Counted from the stretch's first letter, positions 23,045 to 33,305 are shown. The stretch: 64,000 bases of DNA from Alphaproteobacteria bacterium (GCA_964291285.2 OZ219788.1:315136-379135), one strand, 5' to 3'. The notes: generated by a model not told the origin, from the letters alone. A program made the numbers and translations.

Positions 23045-26000
23045 TCATTGTGTGGCGATTCCGTACAATTTTTGAAACCGGAGGTCGCCAGAAATTCCGC
23101 AATTCCCGGCGCACAGAGCGTCAAGCAATTTCTTGAGACCGGGCTTGTTATAGTCCGGCAGAACATCGATTACCTTATTCAGCACCTTGAGCAATGGCTC
23201 CGGATGCTGTTTCGCGCAGCCATTCCTGTTGAGAACGAAGAAGCTATGCCCGACGCCGCCGCTGCCTTCCACGGGCCGCAAATATGTCAGCCACCATTCC
23301 GCCGCCTGAGGAAATGCATCGCCGCACTCCGCAAGCATCTTCAGTATCGCTTCCGAGATCTTCGCAGTATTGCGGCCCTGCTCTCGCGGCCAGTAGCTGC
23401 AAAGCCAGCGGTGCAATTTCTCGTCCCAGATCCGCTGCCGTTCGTCAGGTGTCCCGGTGAGGCGCCGCCTCAGGCTCCCAAGCACAGTCACCAGCCCTTG
23501 TTCGGGCATGGGGGCGACAACGTCGCGAATCTCTTTCTCAGTCAGATCTCCCGGCGCATCAAGGCAGACCGCCATGAACAGGTCTCTCAGTCGGCGCATT
23601 CTCCGGTCTTCAAGCCTGTCGTCGTGCAGGATTTCGAGAAACGGCGCCCTGATGGCTTTCAGGAGGTCCGGACCCAGACCTGGCGACCAGCTGTATGCAG
23701 ACCATAGGTCGACAGCTTCCTGTGACTTCAGGCAGGCGAGGCGCGCGATCAGGTGCTGCCGGGTCCACTCAGCGTCGACCGCAAACAGCGGGCGCAATCT
23801 GGTCGCCAGAAGCACGCGGCCTGGATGCCCGAGCGGGTCTTCGGCCATGGCGTCGAAATACGGCCGGACCGGTGGAGGGAATCCCGCTCCGGCTGGCAGT
23901 TCGTATTTCGACAGCCGGGTCAATGCCGCTTCCGCCAGCTTTCCGGCCGGATGGTTCAAGGCGTTCGTCAGGGTTTCATTCTGGTCGGCCATCTCCGATT
24001 CGCCCTCGCCCTTTCCGACCCAGGATTTCATCCAAAGGACACCGAATTCAGCTTCCCGATCGGTTTCCCATGCGTCCGCAAGCTGTTTCACGAAGCCCGC
24101 GACGGCGGACGCTACCTCGCCGAACAGCTCGCCGGGAGCCTCGGCAAGGATTCTTGCCGCACAGGCGTGCAGTTCCGCCGGCCGCTTTGGTTCCGGCAGC
24201 TCCCAGAGGAAATCCCGCCAGTACCCTGCAGGCCATTTGCCCTGTTTTCCGAGCTGTCGCAGCGCGGAAAAAACCTCTGCCGGTTTCCGGGCAGCCAGCC
24301 CTCGCAGTCCGTCCTGAACGATTTCCCCGGTATCGAGCGCCACCACGATGTCTTCGACCGATCCCTTGAGGAGATGCTTGGGCGCATAATCTTCGATGCC
24401 GATTCGTTCATACTTTACCTCGCCAAAAAATTCATCGATCTCTCCCTCGATTTCCTCCATTTTCTGGGTTATTGTTTCAGCCATCGCTCTTGATTTCTTG
24501 TCCAGCTTTATCCCGGACATGCCCAGCATGTGCAGGAACAATGCCTGTTCTTTGCGCAACCCTTCGTCACTGCCGAAGGATTCCCGGATTTTATTCGATT
24601 TCGGTCCAGCGTGAATTGCGTCAATGATGTCGCTGCGGAGATCTCGGGGTAACCGCTTGCCCGCCAATCTCAGAAAACGCATCGTTTCGCGCCGCATATC
24701 GAAGTCCCAGAGACCGAGGTTTCGACCTCCCAGAAGCAATTTCTGGGCAAGCCGAATATCGGCTCTCGGGTTTTCGGTCAGCGCGTGCAGCGCCAGCCTC
24801 CCGAACAGCGGCTCTTCGGAGTCCGCCCAGCGAAGGAGAAGATTGTACGCGCGTCGGCTCTCGTCGGGAACCAGCGCAAGATAACTGTCCCGCGCCAGAT
24901 CGATGAGGCGGGTCCAGTTGTCGAAATCGTTGTTTTGCTCGTGAGGCGCGATCGACGGCCGATACAGGTACGACCGCTGGTAGACATTGCCATCGGCCTT
25001 ACCCAGGGAAAGGGCGTGTTCGAGATGATCGGTCAGCGTCTCGGCGTGTCTCGAAAGCACTTCCCGGTCATCGAGAATAGCCTTGAATAGCGCCCAAACC
25101 CTGTCGCATGCCGACATCAATTCGAGATGTCCGCATGTATCGATGGGCTGCGGCGCTTGCGGGGTATTCTCGTAATTCAGCCGTACTTGCCGGACCATGG
25201 AAAGACCCGGTCGGACGACGAGACGCGGCCGGATACTCTCCATGACCTTGTCCTCGATGAGCCTGCGTTCGTCGGGGGACATCGCGGCCCGATGACGGTC
25301 GGAAAGCCAGAGCCCGTTCCAGGGATCATCGGGCCTGCTGCCCAGAAGAACGGTCCAGAGCAGTCGCAGCCTGTCGGGAATGTCCGGAAGCGCGGAAGCC
25401 CGCTCAGTCAGACGGCTCTCGACCTGCTGGCGAAGAAGAGGGTGGAGATGAGCGCCGTTCCGAAGCGCCCAGGCCAGCAGTTGCGGCACATGCAGATGGT
25501 TGGCCAGCCAAACCGAGAGATGGTGCCTTGTCCTATCCAGATTGTAGGGATTCACCGATTCGAGACCGGTATCTACGAGATGCCGGTCCGTCCCGTTAGC
25601 GGCAGAGCGCAGCAGACCCTTTTCCGCGAACATGTCGAGCCACTTCTCGAACTTTGCATGGTCCTCCTCGTTCGACATGGGAGGGGCTTCGGCAAGCGCC
25701 TGTGCGGCCGATGCGTCCTGTAGCGCCCAGACGACCCGTTCCACAACCGGCCCGGCCGGCATCTTGTTAATCTCGTCGATGGCGATCCGGGAACGGGCTC
25801 GAAGGGGATCGCTTCGGATCCGCGCCCATTCAATCAGTGTGTCTGCGAGAAGGCGGTGTCCGTCCCGCTCGTCATAGAGGATCGGTTCGACATTCTTCGC
25901 GACCCAGGCGTCACGCGCCCTGGATATCCCGGCTTCGGAACCATCCATGGCGGCGAATGCCCAAGCCATTCCGAAGCCCGCGCCCTTTGACCGCTCGGCG

Positions 26001-26701
26001 GCAAGGGCGTCGACCATGTACCCCATGACAGGATCGTCGAGGCTGTAGCCGACGAAGACGACCGAGAATTCGCGAAACAGTTCGGTGACGAACCTCGCCG
26101 CCCAGCGCTCGGTCAGATATGCGCGCCCGAAATCTGCCGCGGTCAGCACCAGGTTCGAGCCATCTTCCTTCGGTGCGATGCGGCCGTGCAGATGCACCAG
26201 GCTCGACCAGGCATGAGGCTTGGGTATCGGAAGCCGGGGCGCGGCATCGACCGTCAGGGATTCTTCCGCCGCTTCGGCAAAGCGGTTGTCGAAATTGGTG
26301 GTAACAAGTCGGACGCCGCTGTCGAAATTGGTGGTAACAGGTCGGACGCCGCGTTCAGTCCGCGACAGCTTGAGCAATGCCTTGTGGAGTTTCAGGTCAC
26401 CGCTTCGCGGTCGAGAAAGCCGGTCGATGACCGCACCCCGCAAGTGGTTCGCGCCCAGGCGGCGTTCCAGAAGCCCGAGCGCCCTGTCCCAGGCCCCGCT
26501 ACATAGCGCTTGCCGTTCGGCGGGATCGGGTTCGATGTGGTTGGCATCATATACATGTTTCACGAGGGCTTTGAAGCTCGGCAGGTCAGACCCTTCTGCC
26601 ATCGAGACCCCGGCGCCGCAGAAGAAAACGACATTGCCGTCGTCCAGCCCGTTCAGGAGGGGCGCCGGAATGTCCGGGCCGTCTTCAATCAGTTCAGGCA
26701 T
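23045..26701 (-). CDS. giant SIR2-like (SIR2_2-type) domain protein, 1218 aa, with a ~950-aa helical C-terminal region of unknown function
   Basis: N-terminal VVFFCGAGVSMAEG...VTTNFD...LVHLHGR...VFVGYSLDDP is the prokaryotic defence-type sirtuin pattern. It is co-directional with, and 218 bp upstream of, hsdM. Confidence 0.8.
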   Translation of the reverse strand: MPELIEDGPDIPAPLLNGLDDGNVVFFCGAGVSMAEGSDLPSFKALVKHVYDANHIEPDPAERQALCSGAWDRALGLLERRLGANHLRGAVIDRLSRPRSGDLKLHKALLKLSRTERGVRPVTTNFDSGVRLVTTNFDNRFAEAAEESLTVDAAPRLPIPKPHAWSSLVHLHGRIAPKEDGSNLVLTAADFGRAYLTERWAARFVTELFREFSVVFVGYSLDDPVMGYMVDALAAERSKGAGFGMAWAFAAMDGSEAGISRARDAWVAKNVEPILYDERDGHRLLADTLIEWARIRSDPLRARSRIAIDEINKMPAGPVVERVVWALQDASAAQALAEAPPMSNEEDHAKFEKWLDMFAEKGLLRSAANGTDRHLVDTGLESVNPYNLDRTRHHLSVWLANHLHVPQLLAWALRNGAHLHPLLRQQVESRLTERASALPDIPDRLRLLWTVLLGSRPDDPWNGLWLSDRHRAAMSPDERRLIEDKVMESIRPRLVVRPGLSMVRQVRLNYENTPQAPQPIDTCGHLELMSACDRVWALFKAILDDREVLSRHAETLTDHLEHALSLGKADGNVYQRSYLYRPSIAPHEQNNDFDNWTRLIDLARDSYLALVPDESRRAYNLLLRWADSEEPLFGRLALHALTENPRADIRLAQKLLLGGRNLGLWDFDMRRETMRFLRLAGKRLPRDLRSDIIDAIHAGPKSNKIRESFGSDEGLRKEQALFLHMLGMSGIKLDKKSRAMAETITQKMEEIEGEIDEFFGEVKYERIGIEDYAPKHLLKGSVEDIVVALDTGEIVQDGLRGLAARKPAEVFSALRQLGKQGKWPAGYWRDFLWELPEPKRPAELHACAARILAEAPGELFGEVASAVAGFVKQLADAWETDREAEFGVLWMKSWVGKGEGESEMADQNETLTNALNHPAGKLAEAALTRLSKYELPAGAGFPPPVRPYFDAMAEDPLGHPGRVLLATRLRPLFAVDAEWTRQHLIARLACLKSQEAVDLWSAYSWSPGLGPDLLKAIRAPFLEILHDDRLEDRRMRRLRDLFMAVCLDAPGDLTEKEIRDVVAPMPEQGLVTVLGSLRRRLTGTPDERQRIWDEKLHRWLCSYWPREQGRNTAKISEAILKMLAECGDAFPQAAEWWLTYLRPVEGSGGVGHSFFVLNRNGCAKQHPEPLLKVLNKVIDVLPDYNKPGLKKLLDALCAGNCGISGDLRFQKLYGIATQ
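26288..26353. repeat. 33-bp in-frame tandem duplication (2 copies, 2 mismatches) inside the SIR2 core
   Basis: GTCGAAATTGGTGGTAACAAGTCGGACGCCGCT is followed by GTCGAAATTGGTGGTAACAGGTCGGACGCCGCG. On the coding strand these give GVRPVTTNFDS and GVRLVTTNFDN. Confidence 0.9.
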
Positions 26702-26794
26702 GGCGAATTGTACCGTCGTTCATTTGGCGCCGGCCTCATGCGGGTCATCGGGTAATGTTGCCGCCTCCCAGTAGCGGTTTCTGTAGAATTTCGC

Positions 26795-26826
26795 TGCACT
26801 GCTAAACTCGTGCACTGCTAAACTCG
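26795..26826. repeat. 16-bp perfect tandem repeat TGCACTGCTAAACTCG x2 in the divergent SIR2/relaxase intergenic region
   Basis: Read directly. It is followed by the related TGAACCCGTGCACCCG. It could be an operator, an iteron or an oriT accessory site. Confidence 0.8.
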
Positions 26827-27125
26827 TGAACCCGTGCACCCGAAGCGTCTTTAACCTTCATAGCCCGATTCGCAATCCGCTTGCTGATCCTGTCGGGAGC
26901 GCCGCACAGCCCGGGCCCGGCATAGGCGCCAGCAGCGAACAGGCGGCGCAGCCAGAGAGGATGAATGGCGCATGGATTTCAGCACGGGCGTCGCGACGTC
27001 GTTTCCCTAAATACCCGTGCCGAGCCTCGGCCTTGAGCCTTTCCGGCAGCTGGCACGGCGGTCACGGCTTCGGCGGCCTCTGGACGGTTGACACGCCGCC
27101 GTCCGCGATGGGGTAAGCTCCGCCG

Positions 27126-30100
27126 ATGGTGGCGACGGTCTTCAACCTGACCTCGGCTTCCTCGACGGTGCACTATTTCCGGCGCGAGGGGCACGGGCTC
27201 GGGCCGAACCTGCCGGCGAACGACGACGAGGCGGGCGACTACTACGCGCGCAAGGATGACGAGCACCGCAAGGCGAGCCGGTGGCGGGGCAGCGGGGCGG
27301 CGGCGCTGGGGCTGACGGGCCATGTCGAGCCGGTGGAGTTCCGGCGTGTGCTGCAGGGATACGTTCCCGGCACGGACATCCGGCTGGGGCGGCTGCGCGA
27401 CGGCGAACACGAGCACCGCCCGGGTGTGGACATCACGTTTTCGGCGCCGAAGTCGGTGTCGCTCGAGGCGCTGCTCGGCGGTGCGGGTTCGGCCAGGGCG
27501 ATGCGGGCGCACGATGCGGCGGTGCGGGCGACGCTGGACTACATCGAGACACGGCTCTTGCGAACCCGGCGCTGGAGCCGCGAGGAGCGGCGCTCGGTGC
27601 AGGTGAATGCGCCCATGCTGGTGGCGGCGACCTTCCGGCATATCACGAGCCGCAACAACGACCCGCAGCTTCACACCCATTGCGTGGTCGCGAACATGAC
27701 GCGCGACGGCGGGCAGTGGCGGAGTGCGGAGACCGGTCTGCTGCGCCGGTCGGAGAAGCTGGTCGGGGCCTTCTACCGCAACGAGCTGGCGCACCGTCTG
27801 CGCCGTGAGGGTTTCGCGCTGCGTCCGTCGATGATCGGGCGGGTTCCGGGGTTCGAGATCTCGGGCTGGCCGCGTGCGGTGCTGGAGGCGTTCTCGAGCC
27901 GGCGGCAACAGATACTGGCCTACATCCGGGAGAAGGGCTGGCGCTACGATGCGCACACCGCGCAGGCGGCGACGCTGGCGACGCGGGCGCGCAAGAACGA
28001 GCCGCGCCGGGCGGAGCTTGAGGCGCTGTGGCGGGCGTTTGCCGAGGAAAATGGCCTCGCCAGGCGGACGCTGCGGAAGATCGGGGTGCGGCATGCGGCG
28101 CCGCCGACGGCGCTGGAGATCGCCTGGCGGGCTCTTGAGCAGCTGGAGGAGCGGGCGAGCGTCTTCCCGGCGCGGGACGCGCTGGCGCTGGCGCTGGCGC
28201 TGGCGCATTCGCCCGGCCTCTACCGGCTTGAGGAGATCGAGGGGGCCTTTGCGGAGCTTCGACGGGACAAGCATTTGCTGCCGGCGATCCGGCGCGGGGC
28301 GGGCGAGGCCTGGACGACGGCGCGGGCGGTCAACGCCGAACGCGAGGTGCGCGAGCGCACGATCGCCAATATCGGTGCTGTCAGGGCGCTCTCCGAAGCT
28401 CCCGTCCCCGGAGAGGCGCTGGAGGGCCTGACCGGGGGCCAGCGCGAGGCGGTGCGGCTGATCCTGGAGAGCCGGGACCGGGCGGTCGGGGTGCAGGGCC
28501 ATGCGGGCACCGGCAAGACGGTGATGCTGCGCCGGGCCGTGTCGTGCATGGGAGAAAGGCGGGTGCTGGGACTGGCGCCGTCGGCCTCGGCGGCGCGGAC
28601 GCTGTCGCGCGAAACGGGCCTCGCCTGCCGGACGCTGCAATGGTTCCTGACGCGCTGCCAGGAGGTGTCCGACGGGGTGGCGGACGCAAGGACGCTCGCC
28701 GCGCTGAGAGAGCGCCATGGCGGCGCGGTGGTGGTGGTGGTGGACGAGATGTCGCTGGCGGGCACGGCGCAGGCGCGCGCGCTGCTGCGGATTGCCGAGC
28801 GCCTCGACATTGCCCGGCTTGTGCTTGTGGGCGACAGCCGGCAGCTGCGGGGCGTGCAGGCGGGCCAGCCCTTCCGGCAGATGCAGCAGGCGGGCTTGGG
28901 CGTCGCGGAGATGGACGAGGTTCGCCGGCAGCAGGACCCGGACCTGCTGGCCGCCGTCCAGGACATGATCGAGGGCGAGCCGGGCGCGGCGCTGGAGCGT
29001 CTCGGAGGCAACCTGCGGGAACTGCCGGCGGAGGAGATCGCGGGCATGGCGGCCGCGCTCTGGCTGCGGCTTTCGCCCGGGGCGCGGGCGGGTACGGCGT
29101 TGCTGGTTCCGACGCGCGCGCTCAGGGCCGAGGTCGAGGAGGCGGTGCGCGAAGGCCTCGAAGCCGAGGGCGCCCTGCACGGGTCCTCCATCGGGATCGA
29201 GACGCTCGTGCCCCTCAACCTCACGCGCGCGGAGACGGGGTCGTGCGGCTGATACCGAGCTTCTCCCACGGCCCCTCAACCTCACGCGCGCGGAGACGGG
29301 CGACGTGCGCAACTGGCGCGAGGGCGACATCGCGCTCTTCAACCGCGAGCGGAAGAACTACCGCATCCGCAAGGACGACGCCTGCACGGTGATGGAGGTG
29401 GAGGAGGACCGGGTGATCCTCGCCCATCCCGATGGCCGGCCGCGCCACCTGAAGCCCGGCGGCGACCTGCGCTACCGGCTGGACCTGTTCGAGGCGAAGA
29501 CGCTGCGGATCAGGGAGGGCGAGCAACTGCGCTGGACGCGCAACGACAGGGAGCGCGGCCTCGTCAACGGCGACCGTGTGGAGGTGGCCGCCATGGGAAC
29601 CGGAGCGCTCCGCATGCGCCTCTCCGACGGGCGGGAGATGCGATTCGCGCGCGACGACCCGCAGCTTCGTCATCTTGCATACGCCTATGCGTCCACCGTG
29701 CATGCGGCGCAGGGGCAGACGCACGACCGTGTGGTCGCGGTGCTGGACACAGGCGCGGGGCCGCTGGTGAACCAGCAGACGCTCTACGTGCAGCTCAGCC
29801 GCGCGCGGGAAGAGGCGCTGGTGCTGACCGACAACCGCGAGCAGCTTGTGGAGACGCTGGAGGCGAACACGGGCGAGCGGCTGACGGCGCTGGAAGCCAT
29901 CGGCGAGACGGAGACGATGAAGGCGCCGGCGAAGCGGACGGTCTCCGGGGAGGCGGCGTCTGCGTTCCTTGACGGCCTGCGCGCGGAGCGGGAGCGCCGC
30001 GCCGAAGCGGAGGCGGCCTTGCGCCGGCTGGCGGAGGCCGAAGCAGCGCTTGCCGCAGCCCGCGCCCATGCGCAGGAAGCCGGATACACCTTCGCCGCCC

Positions 30101-31434
30101 TGCCGGCGGTCGATCCGGACGACGGACAGACCCTTCAGGACCGTCTCGCGGCGGCCAAAATTGTGCAGGAAGCGGCGCATGATGTCTCGGCTGCCGCCCA
30201 TGCGGTGCTGGAGGCGGCGAAGGCGGCGGACCGCGTCCCGCCGCTCGACGATGCCGCGATGGAGGCGGCGAAGACCGGCGAAACCGAGGCAGCGGCGCGC
30301 CTTGTGGCATACCGGTCGCTGGAGACGGCCTTGACGGCGGCGAACAGGGCGTCCGGACGGCTGGCGCCCGCAGGCGCGCTCCGCGACAAGGATATCGACG
30401 GGGCTTCGATGCAGCGCCATGGCGCCGCCGCCCGGGAGGCGGCCGCCGCCTTCGACGCCCTCGCGCAAAAGGCGCGGGCAGCGGGCGAGGCGGCGCTGGC
30501 CCGGCGCGCGCGGGAGAGGGCTTCGGACCTCGGGCTGGCGGCGCTGCACTGGAGCTACAGGCTGGCGGGCCACCGGTTCGCGGTGGCGCGGCTGGCCGAG
30601 CGGGACATGGCGCCGCCGCACACGGTCGGGGACGTGCGGCGCTGGCAGGACCTGCGCCAGCGCCAGGCGGACGCGCGGACCGGGGCGGCAGCCGCGGCCG
30701 AGGCGGTCGCGCCGGAGAGCGCGGACGCGGCGGCCCGGTGGCGTGAACAGGCGGCGGACTACCGCAAGCAGGCCGGCGCGATACGCGGCTCGCTGGCGGA
30801 ACTGGAGGGGCTGAAGACGCTGGTGCGGACCGCGGAAGCCGCGTCGGACGACGCGGCGGCATGGAGCGCGGCGGCGGGCGCGGCGGAGACGATCCGGAAA
30901 GGCTCCGGCCGGGGTCTGGAGGACGAGGCCGCGCGCGTGCGTGACGAGGAGGCGCGCCGCCGACAGGAAGGGCGCGAGGCGGCGCGGGCACGTTTCGAGA
31001 CCCTGAGCTCGGAATGGGACGCGTTCGAGAGGAAGGTCAGGGCCGGGGGGCGGGTCGGCTTTGCGGACAAGCGCAGCCGGCAATATGTCGACCGCGCGCG
31101 GCGGCTGGAGGCGGACCCCGATCTCGATGCGGAAGCGAAGGAGACGCTCGCGGCGTTCCTGCACGAGCACGATGTCGTGCGCCCGAAGGTCGTCCGGCGC
31201 TGCCGGGAGCTGTTCGCGCAGTGGAACGCGGTCCGCGCAACGGCAAGGGCCCGCGGCGTCGGCCGGTTCATCCCTCCGGAGAGCGCGGAGGTCGTTGCGG
31301 GGATGCGCAAGCTCGCCGCCGGGAGCCCGGAGCACCTGACGCGCAGACAGAAGGAGACATTCGAGACGATCACCGAGGAATACGCCCTCCATGTCGAGCG
31401 GCAGCGGACATGGGTGATGACCATGAGGCCGTGA
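27126..31434 (+). pseudogene. MobF-family conjugative relaxase / helicase (TrwC/TraA-like), disrupted by a 61-bp insertion
   Basis: Relaxase motifs (DYYARKDDEH; HITSRNNDPQLHTHCVVANM) and a RecD-like helicase Walker A (VQGHAGTGKTVM). The frame breaks at 29240-29271. Removing 61 nt gives 4248 nt = 1416 codons. Confidence 0.85.
29210..29300. repeat. 30-bp perfect direct repeat (29210-29239 and 29271-29300) flanking a 31-bp unrelated spacer inside the relaxase gene
   Basis: GCCCCTCAACCTCACGCGCGCGGAGACGGG occurs twice, 61 bp apart. Both copies encode PLNLTRAETG in the respective frames. Confidence 0.9.
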
Positions 31435-31785
31435 GCGAGCGGGCCGGACCCCGGCGGCGGGCGCTGTTGTCCTCATCGGTCGGACAGCAGGGCGACGGGA
31501 CGACTGCAACCATGGCCGAAGACCCTGGCAGAAGACGGGGAACGCGTCAGCTTCCGGGAACGCCGCCTGCCCGCGACGCGAGAGCCGCATGTCCGGCGCT
31601 GCAACGGCCATGCAATTCAGGCCCGGAAGCCACATGATCCACCATGCAATCCGGCAATATGTGACACAGTGAATATTGTATAGCCATTCCCGATTCAACA
31701 ATGAAAACAGAATGTTGATGCCATGACTGAACTATATAATATATCCACAACATCCGTAATGAAGGCCATATGACCTCCTGTCCGG

Positions 31786-32331
31786 TCATCCTGCGCCGCC
31801 CGCTTTCCCGCCACCGGCCCGCATCGCCGCCCGGCGGGCGATGTCGGCAGCGCGCTCCGGGCCGGTGACCGGCGCCAGCAACGCTTCCATCCCGTCCCTT
31901 CGGCCCTCGCGCGCCATTTCGTCGAGGCGCGCCTCGAACAGCAGCGCGACGGTCTCGCGAAGCCCGGCGGGCGCATCGCCGGAAAGGCCCGACAGCACCG
32001 CCGCCGCGCCTCGCACGGCCTTCCTTCCGCTGCCGGAACCGAAGCTCGCTGGCAAGGAATGCGAGCGCCTCGGCCATCGTCACCCCGCTGCCGGGCAGGG
32101 GGCCGGCAAGCCCGTCGCCGAGGGACGCAAGCTGGACCGCGCTGTCGTGCAGGGCGGCTGCTCGTCGCCCGTCAGCGCCATCCGGCAGTCCTCGCCCAGC
32201 ACCTCCCTCAGGATGAAGGACGAGGTCTTCATCCCCGCTTCCTCCGCCAGCACCCGGATCGCCCACCAGTCCGACTGCGGGCAGGTGATGCAATACTGCC
32301 GTGCGCCGCTTACGTCAGCCCTCCCGCCCAT
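31786..32331 (-). pseudogene. RHH/MobC-like putative relaxosome accessory gene with about two frameshifts
   Basis: The GC3 signal passes through three frames: ...QYCITCPQSDWWAIRVLAEEAGMKTSSFILREVL..., then AALHDSAVQLASLGDGLAGPLPGSGVTMAEALAFLASELRF, then GSGSGRKAVRGAAAVLSGL...LLFEARLDEMAREGRR.... Confidence 0.35.
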
Positions 32332-32635
32332 CGTCGGCCACAGACGCCTCGGCTTCCTCCACCAGCCGCCGCCAGACACCGCCCCGGCCCTCGTCCTCGA
32401 AGCGCATGCGCTCCGCCAGAACGAGAAGGCGCAGGTCCACCAGCGCGCGGCGCCTCACCGCCAGGGAGAAGTCTTCCGCGATCTCCGCCGCCAGCTCCTC
32501 AGGCGCGAGCCCGCGCGAGATCAGGAAGTCCGAGGCCGACATGTCCGCCCTGCCGGCGCGGCTGCGGACCAGGCGCCAGTCGCTGTCGGTCGCCATCACC
32601 GAGCGCGGTCTCTTCCTGCCGTCATCCGCCGCCAT
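32315..32635 (-). CDS. RHH/MobC-like small protein (106 aa), a paralog of the N-terminus of the following gene
   Basis: GGAGAGG lies 4 nt upstream of ATG 32635. The motif SVMATDSDWRLVRSRAGRADMSASDFLISRGL resembles plasmid mobilisation RHH proteins. An upstream GTG at 32692 is also possible. Confidence 0.4.
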   Translation of the reverse strand: MAADDGRKRPRSVMATDSDWRLVRSRAGRADMSASDFLISRGLAPEELAAEIAEDFSLAVRRRALVDLRLLVLAERMRFEDEGRGGVWRRLVEEAEASVADDGREG

Positions 32636-32968
32636 CACACCTCTCCGGCCCCGGGACACAGGCATGACCCGTGCCTTTTTACCGTGAACCACAGGAACGA
32701 TACATCAATGTTGTATCCATGTTCATACGGTATGACCTTCTCCTGTCCATTCCTTGCCTTGCTTTCAGACAGGCACAGGCTCAAGTCCCTACAAAATTCC
32801 CAATCCGTTACCGAAGTGCCTCACTCTTCCAAATCTCCTACAAGAATGATCATGACACAAGGTGCTTGCATCTACCTCCATGATCTCCTATCATGAGCCA
32901 CCTTGCGAGGAAGTCAGTGCTTCGGTCAACAGGGTGTTCCTATAGCCAAGAATTCGACTATCTTTGGC

Positions 32969-32979
32969 ACACCGCGCGC
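32969..32979. repeat. 11-bp direct repeat ACACCGCGCGC, putative attR core of the IME
   Basis: Identical to 11144-11154. Confidence 0.7.
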
Positions 32980-33305
32980 TCCACCGCGAACCCGAAGCCG
33001 CGACCGTCCAGAAGCTCCTTCACGACAGCGCCCACGCCCAGCCGATCCCACAGCCGACCGAACAGCAGCGGACCGCCGACCCGCACGCAGGCCAGCGCGC
33101 CCGCCTCCATGTCCTCCAGCACCACGGACCGCTCCGAATGGCGCGCCAGGGACGCGATCAGACGGTCCAGCTCCCCGCTCGCCTGCAACACGTCCTTGCG
33201 GCCGAGCGCGCGGATCGTGCGCTGGCGCACCCGCTTGCCCTCGCGCACGCTCTCCACGAGGTAGAGATAGCGGTGGCCCCGGGCGGTCGTTTGGCGCACG
33301 AACAT
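32969..33305 (-). pseudogene. IS1634-group transposase, N-terminal 112 codons (detached by the IME)
   Basis: MFVRQTTARGHRYLYLVESVREGKRVRQRTIRALGRKDVL...GRGFGFAVERAV. The frame then runs into IME sequence and stops (CQR*). Confidence 0.85.

Noticed and set aside
26979-31701. 787-aa and 826-aa ORFs on the minus strand
   Set aside because: Antisense to the MobF relaxase. The composition is Arg/Pro/Ala noise.
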